A stretch of 64,000 bases of DNA from Barthelona sp. PCE (Eukaryota), in NCBI GenBank assembly GCA_040285745.1, contig JAUFOR010000001.1, positions 310,001 through 374,000 on the forward strand, given 5' to 3'. The position numbers and the translations under genes were made by a program. Shown piece after piece: positions 38,309 through 47,110 of this stretch. Within the stretch, counting starts at the first letter, position 1; each line of letters starts with the position of its first letter. The notes below the pieces were generated by a model. That model was not told the DNA's origin. It made no database searches and worked only from the letters and a program-made list of their open reading frames with translations.

Positions 38309-39322
38309 ATGTCAATGAACTCTGAAGCATTCAGACAAGCAGAAAGTTTGTTTAAATGTGGTGACTACTTTCATGCCATCGACTACTACACAAATGCTCT
38401 CGAATTAGAGATTGGTAAAGGTATGCATGCCTTTGATCTACTTCTCTTACCATGTTATTATGGAATTGGTTATTCTTTTAAGCAGCTCTATGATGCAGTT
38501 GATCAGAGCGTTTTTGAGAATATTGCAGCTGAGAAAATGGGCGATGCACTGAAGCTCATGGCTAAATCAGAGGAAGAGAAGAAACCAGGTGATGAAAAAG
38601 TAAGTATGAAAGAGGCTCAAGCCGAGAGCAGAAAAGAAGAATCTATTAAACAGAGTCTTCAAAAGGATTTATTCCAACCTATGGCTGAGGTTGATGGCAT
38701 GCGTGTCTCTGCGTGTGAATATTTGGATGCAGCAAGAGTAATTATGCTAACCAATGAGGATAAACTTACCACCACACAGAAGAATCAATATATTGATGTA
38801 CATTATTGGCTTGCTAACTTTTGGTATGAAATTGATGATAATGAAGCTGCAACCGAGGATTGTAACAAGGCTATTGAGTTGGCAGAACAATACAACAAAA
38901 TTTGTCCTGAAGCTCACATGTTAAAGGGTAATCTGCTAGAAAAAAAGGCTACTTACCAGCTAGCATTGGATAATTACATGATAGCTAGAACATATTGGAT
39001 TGGAAAGTTGGAAGAATTCAGAGCAGATAAGGCAAAAATTATGTTTGGTGATGATAAACAACCTATGATGAAGGCTCAGACTACCGATGCTGTATTGAAA
39101 CTCGATGATGAAATATATGACATGAGTACAAAGTTAGAAAAACTGGAAACAATGATATCAGCTGTTAAGGATGCAATTGAGAATCCTCCAGAATTTGATA
39201 CCATTAGAGAATACGAAAAACACGAGGCTGATGTTGTTAAGGAACGTTCTGCTACTTTGGACAATGAAGTGAAGGAAAAGAAGGTACTTACAATTTCTCG
39301 TCGAAAGAAGAAATCTCAGTAA
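38309..39322 (+). CDS. NASP/Hif1-like TPR histone chaperone
   Basis: TPRs with an interrupted second repeat (YYGIG...charged insert...ACEYLDAARVI), DVHYWLANFWYEIDDNEAATED, a coiled coil and a basic C-terminal NLS-like segment. Confidence 0.7.
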   Translation: MSMNSEAFRQAESLFKCGDYFHAIDYYTNALELEIGKGMHAFDLLLLPCYYGIGYSFKQLYDAVDQSVFENIAAEKMGDALKLMAKSEEEKKPGDEKVSMKEAQAESRKEESIKQSLQKDLFQPMAEVDGMRVSACEYLDAARVIMLTNEDKLTTTQKNQYIDVHYWLANFWYEIDDNEAATEDCNKAIELAEQYNKICPEAHMLKGNLLEKKATYQLALDNYMIARTYWIGKLEEFRADKAKIMFGDDKQPMMKAQTTDAVLKLDDEIYDMSTKLEKLETMISAVKDAIENPPEFDTIREYEKHEADVVKERSATLDNEVKEKKVLTISRRKKKSQ

Positions 39323-39544
39323 TGCATAGTGATGATTAGCTTGCAGATGCATCTGTAAACATATTAATTTTGTTGAACACATTAACAGTATCGATATAAT
39401 TGACAAACGGTTCCTTGTTTGTCACAGATACAAATTGAACATTGTTGTTGAAAAAAAACACAAGAAATATACCCAACAGTATGACAAAAAAAGCCAAAAT
39501 GCTGTGCATGTATTATAAAACACAAAAAAAACTAGAAACATTTA

Positions 39545-41320
39545 CTACTCTTTGGAAATAAGTCCAAAATGCTCAGGTTTCAGCCAATCACGCTTAAGAA
39601 TATCGATAAACTCATCTAATTCGGTACGAGCAGCCTCCAATGTGGGACGACGAATTTCAGAGTACCACTTAACCTTGGGTTCAGTACCACTGGTTCTGAT
39701 AGTGACTCTGATATCGTTTTCGAACCAAAAGGTCATGTTAGGTGCAGCACTAACGGGTAAAGTTGGTTTGTTATCAGGAGTGGTGTTATCATAACCAGGG
39801 GTCATGAGATCTGAGACATGAGCAACCTTAACACCATTGACGTTGTCAAGATATGTGCCGTTGTTGCCGTGACGGATATAATCAACTACAGCATCAGTAA
39901 CAGTGTTTCCAGGAGTAAAGTAGTAACCATCATTGCTGCAGAAGAAACCGTACTTCTCGTAAAGAGCGGTAAGCTGATCATGGATAGACATGTTCTGCTC
40001 ATCCAGGTATGTGGCAAGCTCCATGGCAACAGCATAAGCAGAAACACCATCCTTATCAAAAACGACATCTCCAGCTGCGAAGCCAATGGCCTGTTCGTAA
40101 CAAAGGAGGACCTCCTTACCCTCAACTTTGAGCTCTTCAGCCTTGTTAGCCATCCATTTGAAACCAGTGAGAGTAGCATGGAAGTCAAAACCTTCAGCCT
40201 CACCCATGCTCTTCAAAAACTCTGAAGACACATTAGTAGTGACCATAGCGACCTTGCTCACGTCCTTACCCTGCTCCTTATAGGATCTGAGCATCCACCA
40301 AGCAAGAATATTTGCAATCTGATTACCGCTAAAAACGAACCACTTGCCGTCAGGTTGACGTTCAACAAACAGCATACGATCACAATCTGGATCACTAGCA
40401 ATGATCAAATTGGCACCAACACGGTCAGCTTCATCGAAAGACAACTCCAATGTACCCTCACCCTCTTCAGGATTCGGGAAGGGGACGGTGGGGAATTCAG
40501 GATCTGGGTGCTGTTGGGACTCGACAGGATAGAAATTGCGACGGGGGAAACCGAATACTGATCTGATCTTATCAACCATGAAGTAACCAACACCATGCAT
40601 GGCAGTGTAAACACACTTAACCTTACTCTTCTTATTGGCCTCATATCTGGTGCAGAGAGCAGTCTTCTCAGCAGCAAGGTAGGCTTCAATGAAATCGTCA
40701 TCCTCGCTAATGACAAGAGGATTTTCCCATACTTTTTCGAGAGGAACGTTAGTATCCCAGATCTCTAGATTCTCCAGGATTGAATTATGAATACCAGAAT
40801 CATGAGGTGTAATGATCTGCGCAGCATTCTCCCAGTAGAGCTTATAACCGTTGTCATCCTTAGGATTGTGTGAAGCAGTCACCATGACACCACATGCAGC
40901 ACCAGTGTGCTTGATGGCAAAGGGAACTAGAGGTGTGGGAACGAAGTCTCCATACATGTACACCTTAGCTCCGAGTCCAATGAAGACCGAAGCTGTTGTG
41001 AGAGCGAAATCAAGAGAGTTGTAACGTTTATCGTAACCGATAACGATACCTCTATCTCTAAAATCAGGGATCTTGGCTTCAAGATACTTGGCAAGACCCT
41101 GTGAAGCTTGACAAACAATCAAAGTATTCATAGCACTGAAACCTGCTTGCATGCGACCACGAAGACCGGCGGTACCAAACTTGATTCTGTTGACGAGTCT
41201 CTTGGTTAATTCCTCTTCATTTTGCTCTTCAACGAGCTTCTCAATCTCAGCACGGGTTACCGGATTAAAATCGAGGCGTAACCATTCTTGAGCTAATTCT
41301 TTTATGTGTTCAGAAAGCAT
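39545..41320 (-). CDS. PGM2: Phosphoglucomutase-2 / phosphopentomutase
   Basis: FGTAGLRG, VTASHNPKDDNGYK, DPDCDR, TLTGFKW, DKDGV and RTSGTEPKVKWY. Confidence 0.95.
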   Translation of the reverse strand: MLSEHIKELAQEWLRLDFNPVTRAEIEKLVEEQNEEELTKRLVNRIKFGTAGLRGRMQAGFSAMNTLIVCQASQGLAKYLEAKIPDFRDRGIVIGYDKRYNSLDFALTTASVFIGLGAKVYMYGDFVPTPLVPFAIKHTGAACGVMVTASHNPKDDNGYKLYWENAAQIITPHDSGIHNSILENLEIWDTNVPLEKVWENPLVISEDDDFIEAYLAAEKTALCTRYEANKKSKVKCVYTAMHGVGYFMVDKIRSVFGFPRRNFYPVESQQHPDPEFPTVPFPNPEEGEGTLELSFDEADRVGANLIIASDPDCDRMLFVERQPDGKWFVFSGNQIANILAWWMLRSYKEQGKDVSKVAMVTTNVSSEFLKSMGEAEGFDFHATLTGFKWMANKAEELKVEGKEVLLCYEQAIGFAAGDVVFDKDGVSAYAVAMELATYLDEQNMSIHDQLTALYEKYGFFCSNDGYYFTPGNTVTDAVVDYIRHGNNGTYLDNVNGVKVAHVSDLMTPGYDNTTPDNKPTLPVSAAPNMTFWFENDIRVTIRTSGTEPKVKWYSEIRRPTLEAARTELDEFIDILKRDWLKPEHFGLISKE

Positions 41321-41539
41321 TGTTAATGTTGTGTCGATCTATGATAATATAGTACCAGAAAGAAAAAAACAGATAAGGGATGATTTCCAAAAAACAAGTT
41401 TATTCCACTGTATTTTGCTTCTATTCCATTGAAAGCATCCAAGTCGCCTTGGGAATGACAGTTACCATCAGTAAAAACTCAAAAAATTCTCATTGACTAC
41501 TTAATAGTTCATTTTGCAAAAATACTTTTAGAGACTTTT

Positions 41540-41580
41540 CGGACATTTTAACGGACATTTTAACGGACATATACAGGACA
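41540..41580. repeat. Short tandem repeat CGGACATTTTAA x2 plus two degenerate GGACA copies in a divergent promoter gap
   Basis: cggacattttaa-cggacattttaa-cggacatata-caggaca. Confidence 0.8.
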
Positions 41581-41651
41581 ATAAATGTTCAGAGACGTAG
41601 AAGACTTCTGAATAAACTTGATTCTGCAATTTATCTTGCTTTCATATCGAA

Positions 41652-42827
41652 ATGATCATTTATACTGACTGTGAATACTTAAAACTAGGTTTTAAGCTTA
41701 TCTTGGGCGCAATGGACCGTGTCATTGATACTCAACCTTTTGAAGCGTTTCAGGGAATGTGTCTCAGCAATTGTGTCTTGGTCAGTGATGACAACAAGAC
41801 ATTCGACGGCATCATGGATTGTCTCTTCTTTGTTGACAGTGTTCTGACAGAGAACAACAAGCTTAACATTCCCAATGTTGCCATTGCTACAATGGATATT
41901 ATTCAAACTTTGAACCTTAACTCAACCCTGGAGGCATGCATCTTCAAGATTAACAACGCACTTAAAACCTCTACTTTTATTGCAGGTGAATTTTTAACAT
42001 ATATTGATCTGATTGCTTACGCTTATCTTGCTATCAATGGTGATGATGAGAAGCTCAAGACTGCACGCTCAGCCATCCGTCTCATGGGATACATTCAATC
42101 GCTTCCTTTCTTTGGCATGGGCGGTGTTGTTCCCCGCATTCTTGCTCGTCCTGGTTTTGTCATTGTTGAAAAGAAGAAAAAGGGCAAAAAAGACAAGAAG
42201 GGTAAGAAGGGTAAGAAACAGCAACCCGTTGTCGAAGATGGCAAGCAGGAGGAGAATGCTCCCAAGAAGAAGAAGAAGGAAAAGAAGAACAAGCAGCCTA
42301 ATGCACCCAAGGCACCCCCAGTCGATTGGAAAGGTCCTGCTGAGGGACTTGTGAAGCTTATTGTGGGTCATATTCTTGAGTGTGAGAAACATCCTGAGAG
42401 CACTCATTTGTTGATTGAAAAGATCGATGTAGGTGAGGCTGAACCCCGAACCATTCTTTCTGGTTTGCAAGAGAACTACCAACCTGAGGATCTCGTTGGT
42501 AAGAAGGTTATTGTTATGTCCAATCTAAAGGCCAAAAAGTTAGGTGGTATTCCTTCTCATGGTATGGTTGTTTGTAATGCTAACGAAGATCACAGTGTTG
42601 TCCGTATTGTTGATTTGCCCGCTGCTTCCGTACCAGGCACTCGTCTCATCATCGAGGGTGTTGAGATGTTTGATGTTCCAAAGTTGAACCCTAAGAAGAA
42701 AGTTCTGGAGCGCTACATCCCTGACCTTGCTTCTGACGCTGAAGGTTTTGCCTGTTTCCAGGGTCGTCATTATCTCCTTGATGGTGAAAAGATTGTTTGT
42801 CCAATGAAGGAGACACCATTGTCATAA
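41652..42827 (+). CDS. ARC1/AIMP1-like aminoacyl-tRNA synthetase cofactor (GST-like + tRNA-binding OB fold)
   Basis: GST-C-like INNALKTSTFIAGEFLTYIDL, a Lys-rich linker, and EMAPII-like VGHILECEKHPESTHLLIEKIDVGEAEPRTILSGL...NLKAKKLGGIPSHGMV. Confidence 0.88.
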   Translation: MIIYTDCEYLKLGFKLILGAMDRVIDTQPFEAFQGMCLSNCVLVSDDNKTFDGIMDCLFFVDSVLTENNKLNIPNVAIATMDIIQTLNLNSTLEACIFKINNALKTSTFIAGEFLTYIDLIAYAYLAINGDDEKLKTARSAIRLMGYIQSLPFFGMGGVVPRILARPGFVIVEKKKKGKKDKKGKKGKKQQPVVEDGKQEENAPKKKKKEKKNKQPNAPKAPPVDWKGPAEGLVKLIVGHILECEKHPESTHLLIEKIDVGEAEPRTILSGLQENYQPEDLVGKKVIVMSNLKAKKLGGIPSHGMVVCNANEDHSVVRIVDLPAASVPGTRLIIEGVEMFDVPKLNPKKKVLERYIPDLASDAEGFACFQGRHYLLDGEKIVCPMKETPLS

Positions 42828-42841
42828 ATAAAGCGCATTTA

Positions 42842-44152
42842 TTAATGGAAATACCCAAAGTGAAGATGAGTATCGGACGCAACAATGATACTCTTTGAAC
42901 TTGTTGAACATAGTAACTTAACGCAATTGGTAGGTGCCTGAATTCTATGTGCCTTGATACCACTAAGACTTACCTCAGTTATGATTGGCTGACCACTTAC
43001 TAATAAGAGACGCTCTTCTCCCTCACAATTCGGGATCCAACTGAATGAGCCAACGTTGTGGAGACCTTTGACAACAACCAACAACTCTAATGTCTCAATC
43101 GACCAAATCCATATATAATTAGGACATGAATCATTCACTGAAGCAAGCAATTTTGATGATGGAGACCATGCAATACGATTAATTCCACAATAACTTGCGT
43201 CTTTTGCAACAACAGGACCCATGTCTAGCTCAATGTATTTGTCACTCTGGAATGCTTCATACACTCTTGTGTGTGGTAATGCAACAGCACTTAATCCAAC
43301 ACTCTCCTTCGTTTGGTCATATTGTACACAGTTTTCAGACACTGGGACGGGTGAGAGATGTTCTAAGGTTGCAACAATTTGGAAAGAGAGTGCGTTAACA
43401 ATGCGAATCTTCTGATCACAACTGCCAACTGCAATGAGCTGACCGCAAGGTGACCATACCGCATTACGCACACCGAGAGCGTTCTCGTATGCCCGGTACC
43501 CACCCTGTTGTACACCGTTCAGATCATAAAAATATACACCATACTGAAGAGGATGATCAACAACCATAAATATGTGATCAACAGAAGAAAATTTGATTTT
43601 AGTACAGTTCTCAGATGCTAATTGGAAGCGATTAACCTCTTCCCAAGTTGAACAATCAATAATTAGGGCATAATCTTTGCACTCAGACCGTACAACAAAA
43701 CATGCAAATTTTCCGTCATGAGTAAATGCACAACACGCTATCGATTTTGGGGCGTCGATATAGCGGCCAGATCTGTTCAAAAGTGACCAAATAGTTAAGC
43801 GAATGGAAAAATCTGAAATAGTAATAATATGAACGCTGTCCGGTGCCCATTGTGCTTGTCGCAGCCCCAGTGCTCCCTCTCGGATTGTACAATCCCATTC
43901 AGGATTTTCAATGTCAAATATATGAATAGTTTTTGCTTTTAAACATGTTGCCATAACTAGTCTGGAGTTTGGAGCGAATGATAAGGTATGAATCTGCCCT
44001 TCACATGCGAATGTACCAACAGTTCTTGTCTCAACAACGTGCATTACAACGCAATGTGAACCCATACTTTTGCAAGACAATAAACCGTTAGGTGAGAGTA
44101 CCACAGCGCCGTTATGCTCGAAAACGGGCGAAAACTCAAAAAGAGCAGCCAT
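42842..44152 (-). CDS. WRAP73: WD40 centriolar protein WRAP73/WDR8
   Basis: IENPEWDCTIREGALGL..AQWAPDSVHIITISDFSIRLTIWSL, YRAYENALGV..AVWSPCGQLIAVGSCD and SVNDSCPNYIWIW. ATG at 44152. Confidence 0.88.
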   Translation of the reverse strand: MAALFEFSPVFEHNGAVVLSPNGLLSCKSMGSHCVVMHVVETRTVGTFACEGQIHTLSFAPNSRLVMATCLKAKTIHIFDIENPEWDCTIREGALGLRQAQWAPDSVHIITISDFSIRLTIWSLLNRSGRYIDAPKSIACCAFTHDGKFACFVVRSECKDYALIIDCSTWEEVNRFQLASENCTKIKFSSVDHIFMVVDHPLQYGVYFYDLNGVQQGGYRAYENALGVRNAVWSPCGQLIAVGSCDQKIRIVNALSFQIVATLEHLSPVPVSENCVQYDQTKESVGLSAVALPHTRVYEAFQSDKYIELDMGPVVAKDASYCGINRIAWSPSSKLLASVNDSCPNYIWIWSIETLELLVVVKGLHNVGSFSWIPNCEGEERLLLVSGQPIITEVSLSGIKAHRIQAPTNCVKLLCSTSSKSIIVASDTHLHFGYFH

Positions 44153-44226
44153 TAAATAAAGGTTCAGAAACAAAAAGCACTTTTTTGATTCACATTAGTG
44201 GTTAAAACAAAAATTTTTTGTGTTTA

Positions 44227-45885
44227 TTAGTTGTAGTTGAAATAAGATCCACCAATGAACTCTCTAAGGATGGAATCCGGAGGTACAACAGATGCGGGAG
44301 CAGTTCTGAAAACATCCATAAATGCGAGAAGACGTTGAGCAGCACCATACTGACAAGAGTTGGGTGTGATGTTTTTAAGCAGAGGAGCAGCATAAGTCTT
44401 AAGAATAGGCATTTCGTACTCAATGGCTGAATTCATACAATAGTCAGCGAGACGTTGATATGTGTAAATTAGAATTTCTCCACGGAGAACAGATCCCCAA
44501 CGTTCCAGAGAAGCTTCTGCGCTGTAACCACGGAACTTAGCATCACGTACAATACGTCTAATAAGACGAGAATCAGAGGTAGCAATACGAGTGTGATCAT
44601 CAATGTTTAGCTGAGTGAGGGGAGAGATGAAAATCTTGAACTTCTGCTCACGAGGAATGGTCTCAGTGAGTCTCTCATTAAGAGCATGAAGACCCTCCAT
44701 AACAAGAATACCACCTTCAGGCATCTTAACGAAGTGACCGTAATCCTTACGGGTACCAGTCTTAAAATCAAAGATGGGAGTCTCAACCTCTTCACCGGCA
44801 ACAAGCTCTGCAAGTTGCTTATTCAAGTGGGGGAGGTCAAGTGCCTCAACGGCTTCGAAATCATACTCACCATCAGAGTCGAGAGGGGTATCAACACGGT
44901 TAACATAGTAATCATCGAGAGAGACGACAACGGGCTTTCTACCCATTGCGCGTAAATGTACAGAAAGACGCTTGGAAAAGGTTGTCTTGCCTGAAGAAGA
45001 GGGACCAGAGATGAGAATGAGTTTGTGATCACATGTGATGTTGTCAACGATTTGCATCAGCTGACGACGCATCCTGGCTTCAACAACAAGAACGAATTCC
45101 TTAAGAGTTCCACCGTTGGTGAGCTTCTGGTTGAGAGATGCAACAGATGTGCAGTCAATACACTCTCCCCACTTCTGATGAGCTTGGTAAGCATTGTACA
45201 AGTTCTCGTTATCAACGAAAGGAGTAAGACAGTTGGGGGTCTTGGTACCAGGGTAGTGAGTAGTGAGACCGTTACGGTACTTACGGACATCCCAATGCTT
45301 GATGATTCCGGTTGAAGAGACAAGAGGGGAGAACCATCTGTCCTTGAATCCGTTACAAACGTTCATGAAAACACGAGCGTGGTTGTGTGTCTTGAGTAAA
45401 TCGGCTGCAAGAGGCATATTGGAGTTCTCACACCAGCTGATTGCCTCTTGATAAGAGAGAGCGGCCCTGCGAATGGCGTAGTTGGAGTCAATGATAACCT
45501 TCATGGTATCACGGATCATATCAATCTCCTCTTCTGGAACTTCATCCATACCTTCAAAAGTCCAGAACAATGAGTGACCAATAGTGTGTGAAATGACACA
45601 ACGACGGCCAGGGAAAAGCTCTTGACATGCCATAACAAAAACAAAACTCAAACTGCGACGGAAAACCTGAGAACCAGTATGACAATCACCATAAATTGGT
45701 CTGCATTCACATGAGATGTCCAATCTATCATTCAGAGACATCATCTTGTTGCTGCAATATACAGCAAGTAAAGGAAGCTCGTTATCATGGAAAGACTTAG
45801 GAATGATATCACGAACAAAAGTTCCAACTGGGAAACTACGTGCCTCGATCCCGTCAGGGTAAGTGATCTGCATAGTTGAGTGCAT
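44227..45885 (-). CDS. Bacterial-type uridine/nucleoside kinase with N-terminal TGS/ThrRS-like domains
   Basis: N-terminal ThrRS-like region (FRRSLSFVF...HTIGHS), P-loop ISGPSSSGKTT, SLDDYY, EGLHALN, RLIRRIVRD and DSILREFIGGS. Confidence 0.9.
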   Translation of the reverse strand: MHSTMQITYPDGIEARSFPVGTFVRDIIPKSFHDNELPLLAVYCSNKMMSLNDRLDISCECRPIYGDCHTGSQVFRRSLSFVFVMACQELFPGRRCVISHTIGHSLFWTFEGMDEVPEEEIDMIRDTMKVIIDSNYAIRRAALSYQEAISWCENSNMPLAADLLKTHNHARVFMNVCNGFKDRWFSPLVSSTGIIKHWDVRKYRNGLTTHYPGTKTPNCLTPFVDNENLYNAYQAHQKWGECIDCTSVASLNQKLTNGGTLKEFVLVVEARMRRQLMQIVDNITCDHKLILISGPSSSGKTTFSKRLSVHLRAMGRKPVVVSLDDYYVNRVDTPLDSDGEYDFEAVEALDLPHLNKQLAELVAGEEVETPIFDFKTGTRKDYGHFVKMPEGGILVMEGLHALNERLTETIPREQKFKIFISPLTQLNIDDHTRIATSDSRLIRRIVRDAKFRGYSAEASLERWGSVLRGEILIYTYQRLADYCMNSAIEYEMPILKTYAAPLLKNITPNSCQYGAAQRLLAFMDVFRTAPASVVPPDSILREFIGGSYFNYN

Positions 45886-46185
45886 AATAATAATAGGAGG
45901 TTAACTAAATTGGGTTAGAAAACAAATACGGGTTGCTTTATGTGTGACTACGTATTACAGACCTTTACCAGTAGTTGCTGCCAATGTTAAAAAGCTGTAA
46001 TGGAAGCAGATAGTTGTGGCCTGCGCAGAAGTAGAGATTTCTTTAAACTTTTTTGTGGTCCTAATTATGTTGGGCTTTACAGGTGTGTACAGCTTTTACT
46101 GGCCAGAAACTCATCGATAACCACGCCATATTTACCATAAAGTGATATTCTATTGTTTTAATTTCTTTCCTCTTTATTATCTTTA

Positions 46186-47061
46186 ATGAAGCAGTCGGTA
46201 CGTGCGACCAACTTTTCTGGCTCCTGGTACCCAGATTCAGGGCTTGACGATGTCATTGAAGATCTGTTAGGAAACGTTTCTAATGATGATACTGTACCTG
46301 CAAAAATCATCATTTCACCTCATGCCGGGTACTCCTATTCGGCGCAGACCGCGGCATATGGCTTTTCTAAGCTGAACACTGATGTGGAAACCATCTTTGT
46401 TCTTGCACCCAACCATAGGGCTAGTTTGGTAACTGTAAGCATCACACCCTCAGATTTTGTCGAAACTCCGATCGGAAACATCCCAGTTGACAAGGATGTA
46501 CGCTCAGAATTATTAGATACTGGTCTGTTTAATGAACTTTCTCCATTTCAAGATACAAATGAACATTCTCATGAGTTACAGTTTCCATTCTTGAAGCATT
46601 TAATGAACAAAACTCAAACAGATTTCAAGATTCTACCAATGCTAGTACCTTCTTTGCAGTCAGGGAAATTGGAAGATGTAGCTAATGCTTTGTTACCTTA
46701 TTTTGAGAGCAATAAGTTTGCATTTGTCATTAGTTCAGACTTTTGTCACTACGGTAAAGCATTTGGGTATGTGTTACCTGCTTCTAAGACTAAGGATCAA
46801 CCATTGCACAAAGCCATCGAGGAATTAGATCTTCGCGGTGCCGCAACAATAGGGTCAGGTTATGATGCGTTTTATCAGTATATTACCGAAACAGAAAATA
46901 CTATTTGTGGTCGTAATCCTATTCTAGTTATGTTAAAAACCATAAAAATTTCAAGCAAAGAAGGTGAATGGAAGGTTTTGAACTATTCACAGTCGAACCC
47001 ATGCCGAAATAATTTTGATAGATCCGTGAGTTATTGTTCCATGGCATTTTTTGAAGAATAA
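46186..47061 (+). CDS. MEMO1: MEMO1 family protein
   Basis: GSWYP, ISPHAGYSYS, EHSHELQFPFL, ISSDFCHYG, NTICGRNPI, YSQS and SVSY. Confidence 0.96.
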   Translation: MKQSVRATNFSGSWYPDSGLDDVIEDLLGNVSNDDTVPAKIIISPHAGYSYSAQTAAYGFSKLNTDVETIFVLAPNHRASLVTVSITPSDFVETPIGNIPVDKDVRSELLDTGLFNELSPFQDTNEHSHELQFPFLKHLMNKTQTDFKILPMLVPSLQSGKLEDVANALLPYFESNKFAFVISSDFCHYGKAFGYVLPASKTKDQPLHKAIEELDLRGAATIGSGYDAFYQYITETENTICGRNPILVMLKTIKISSKEGEWKVLNYSQSNPCRNNFDRSVSYCSMAFFEE

Positions 47062-47110
47062 AAATTGTTTGTTGATTTATGACTGTTTTACTGTTTTGAA
47101 TGTTTTAAAC

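Noticed and set aside
41540-41580. CRISPR-like or iteron-like repeat
   Set aside because: These are 12-bp adjacent units without spacers or cas/rep genes, in a eukaryotic context.
13694-45885. Pyrimidine salvage/catabolism gene cluster (DPYD, PGM2, uridine kinase)
   Set aside because: The genes are separated by many unrelated housekeeping genes, which is compatible with chance.
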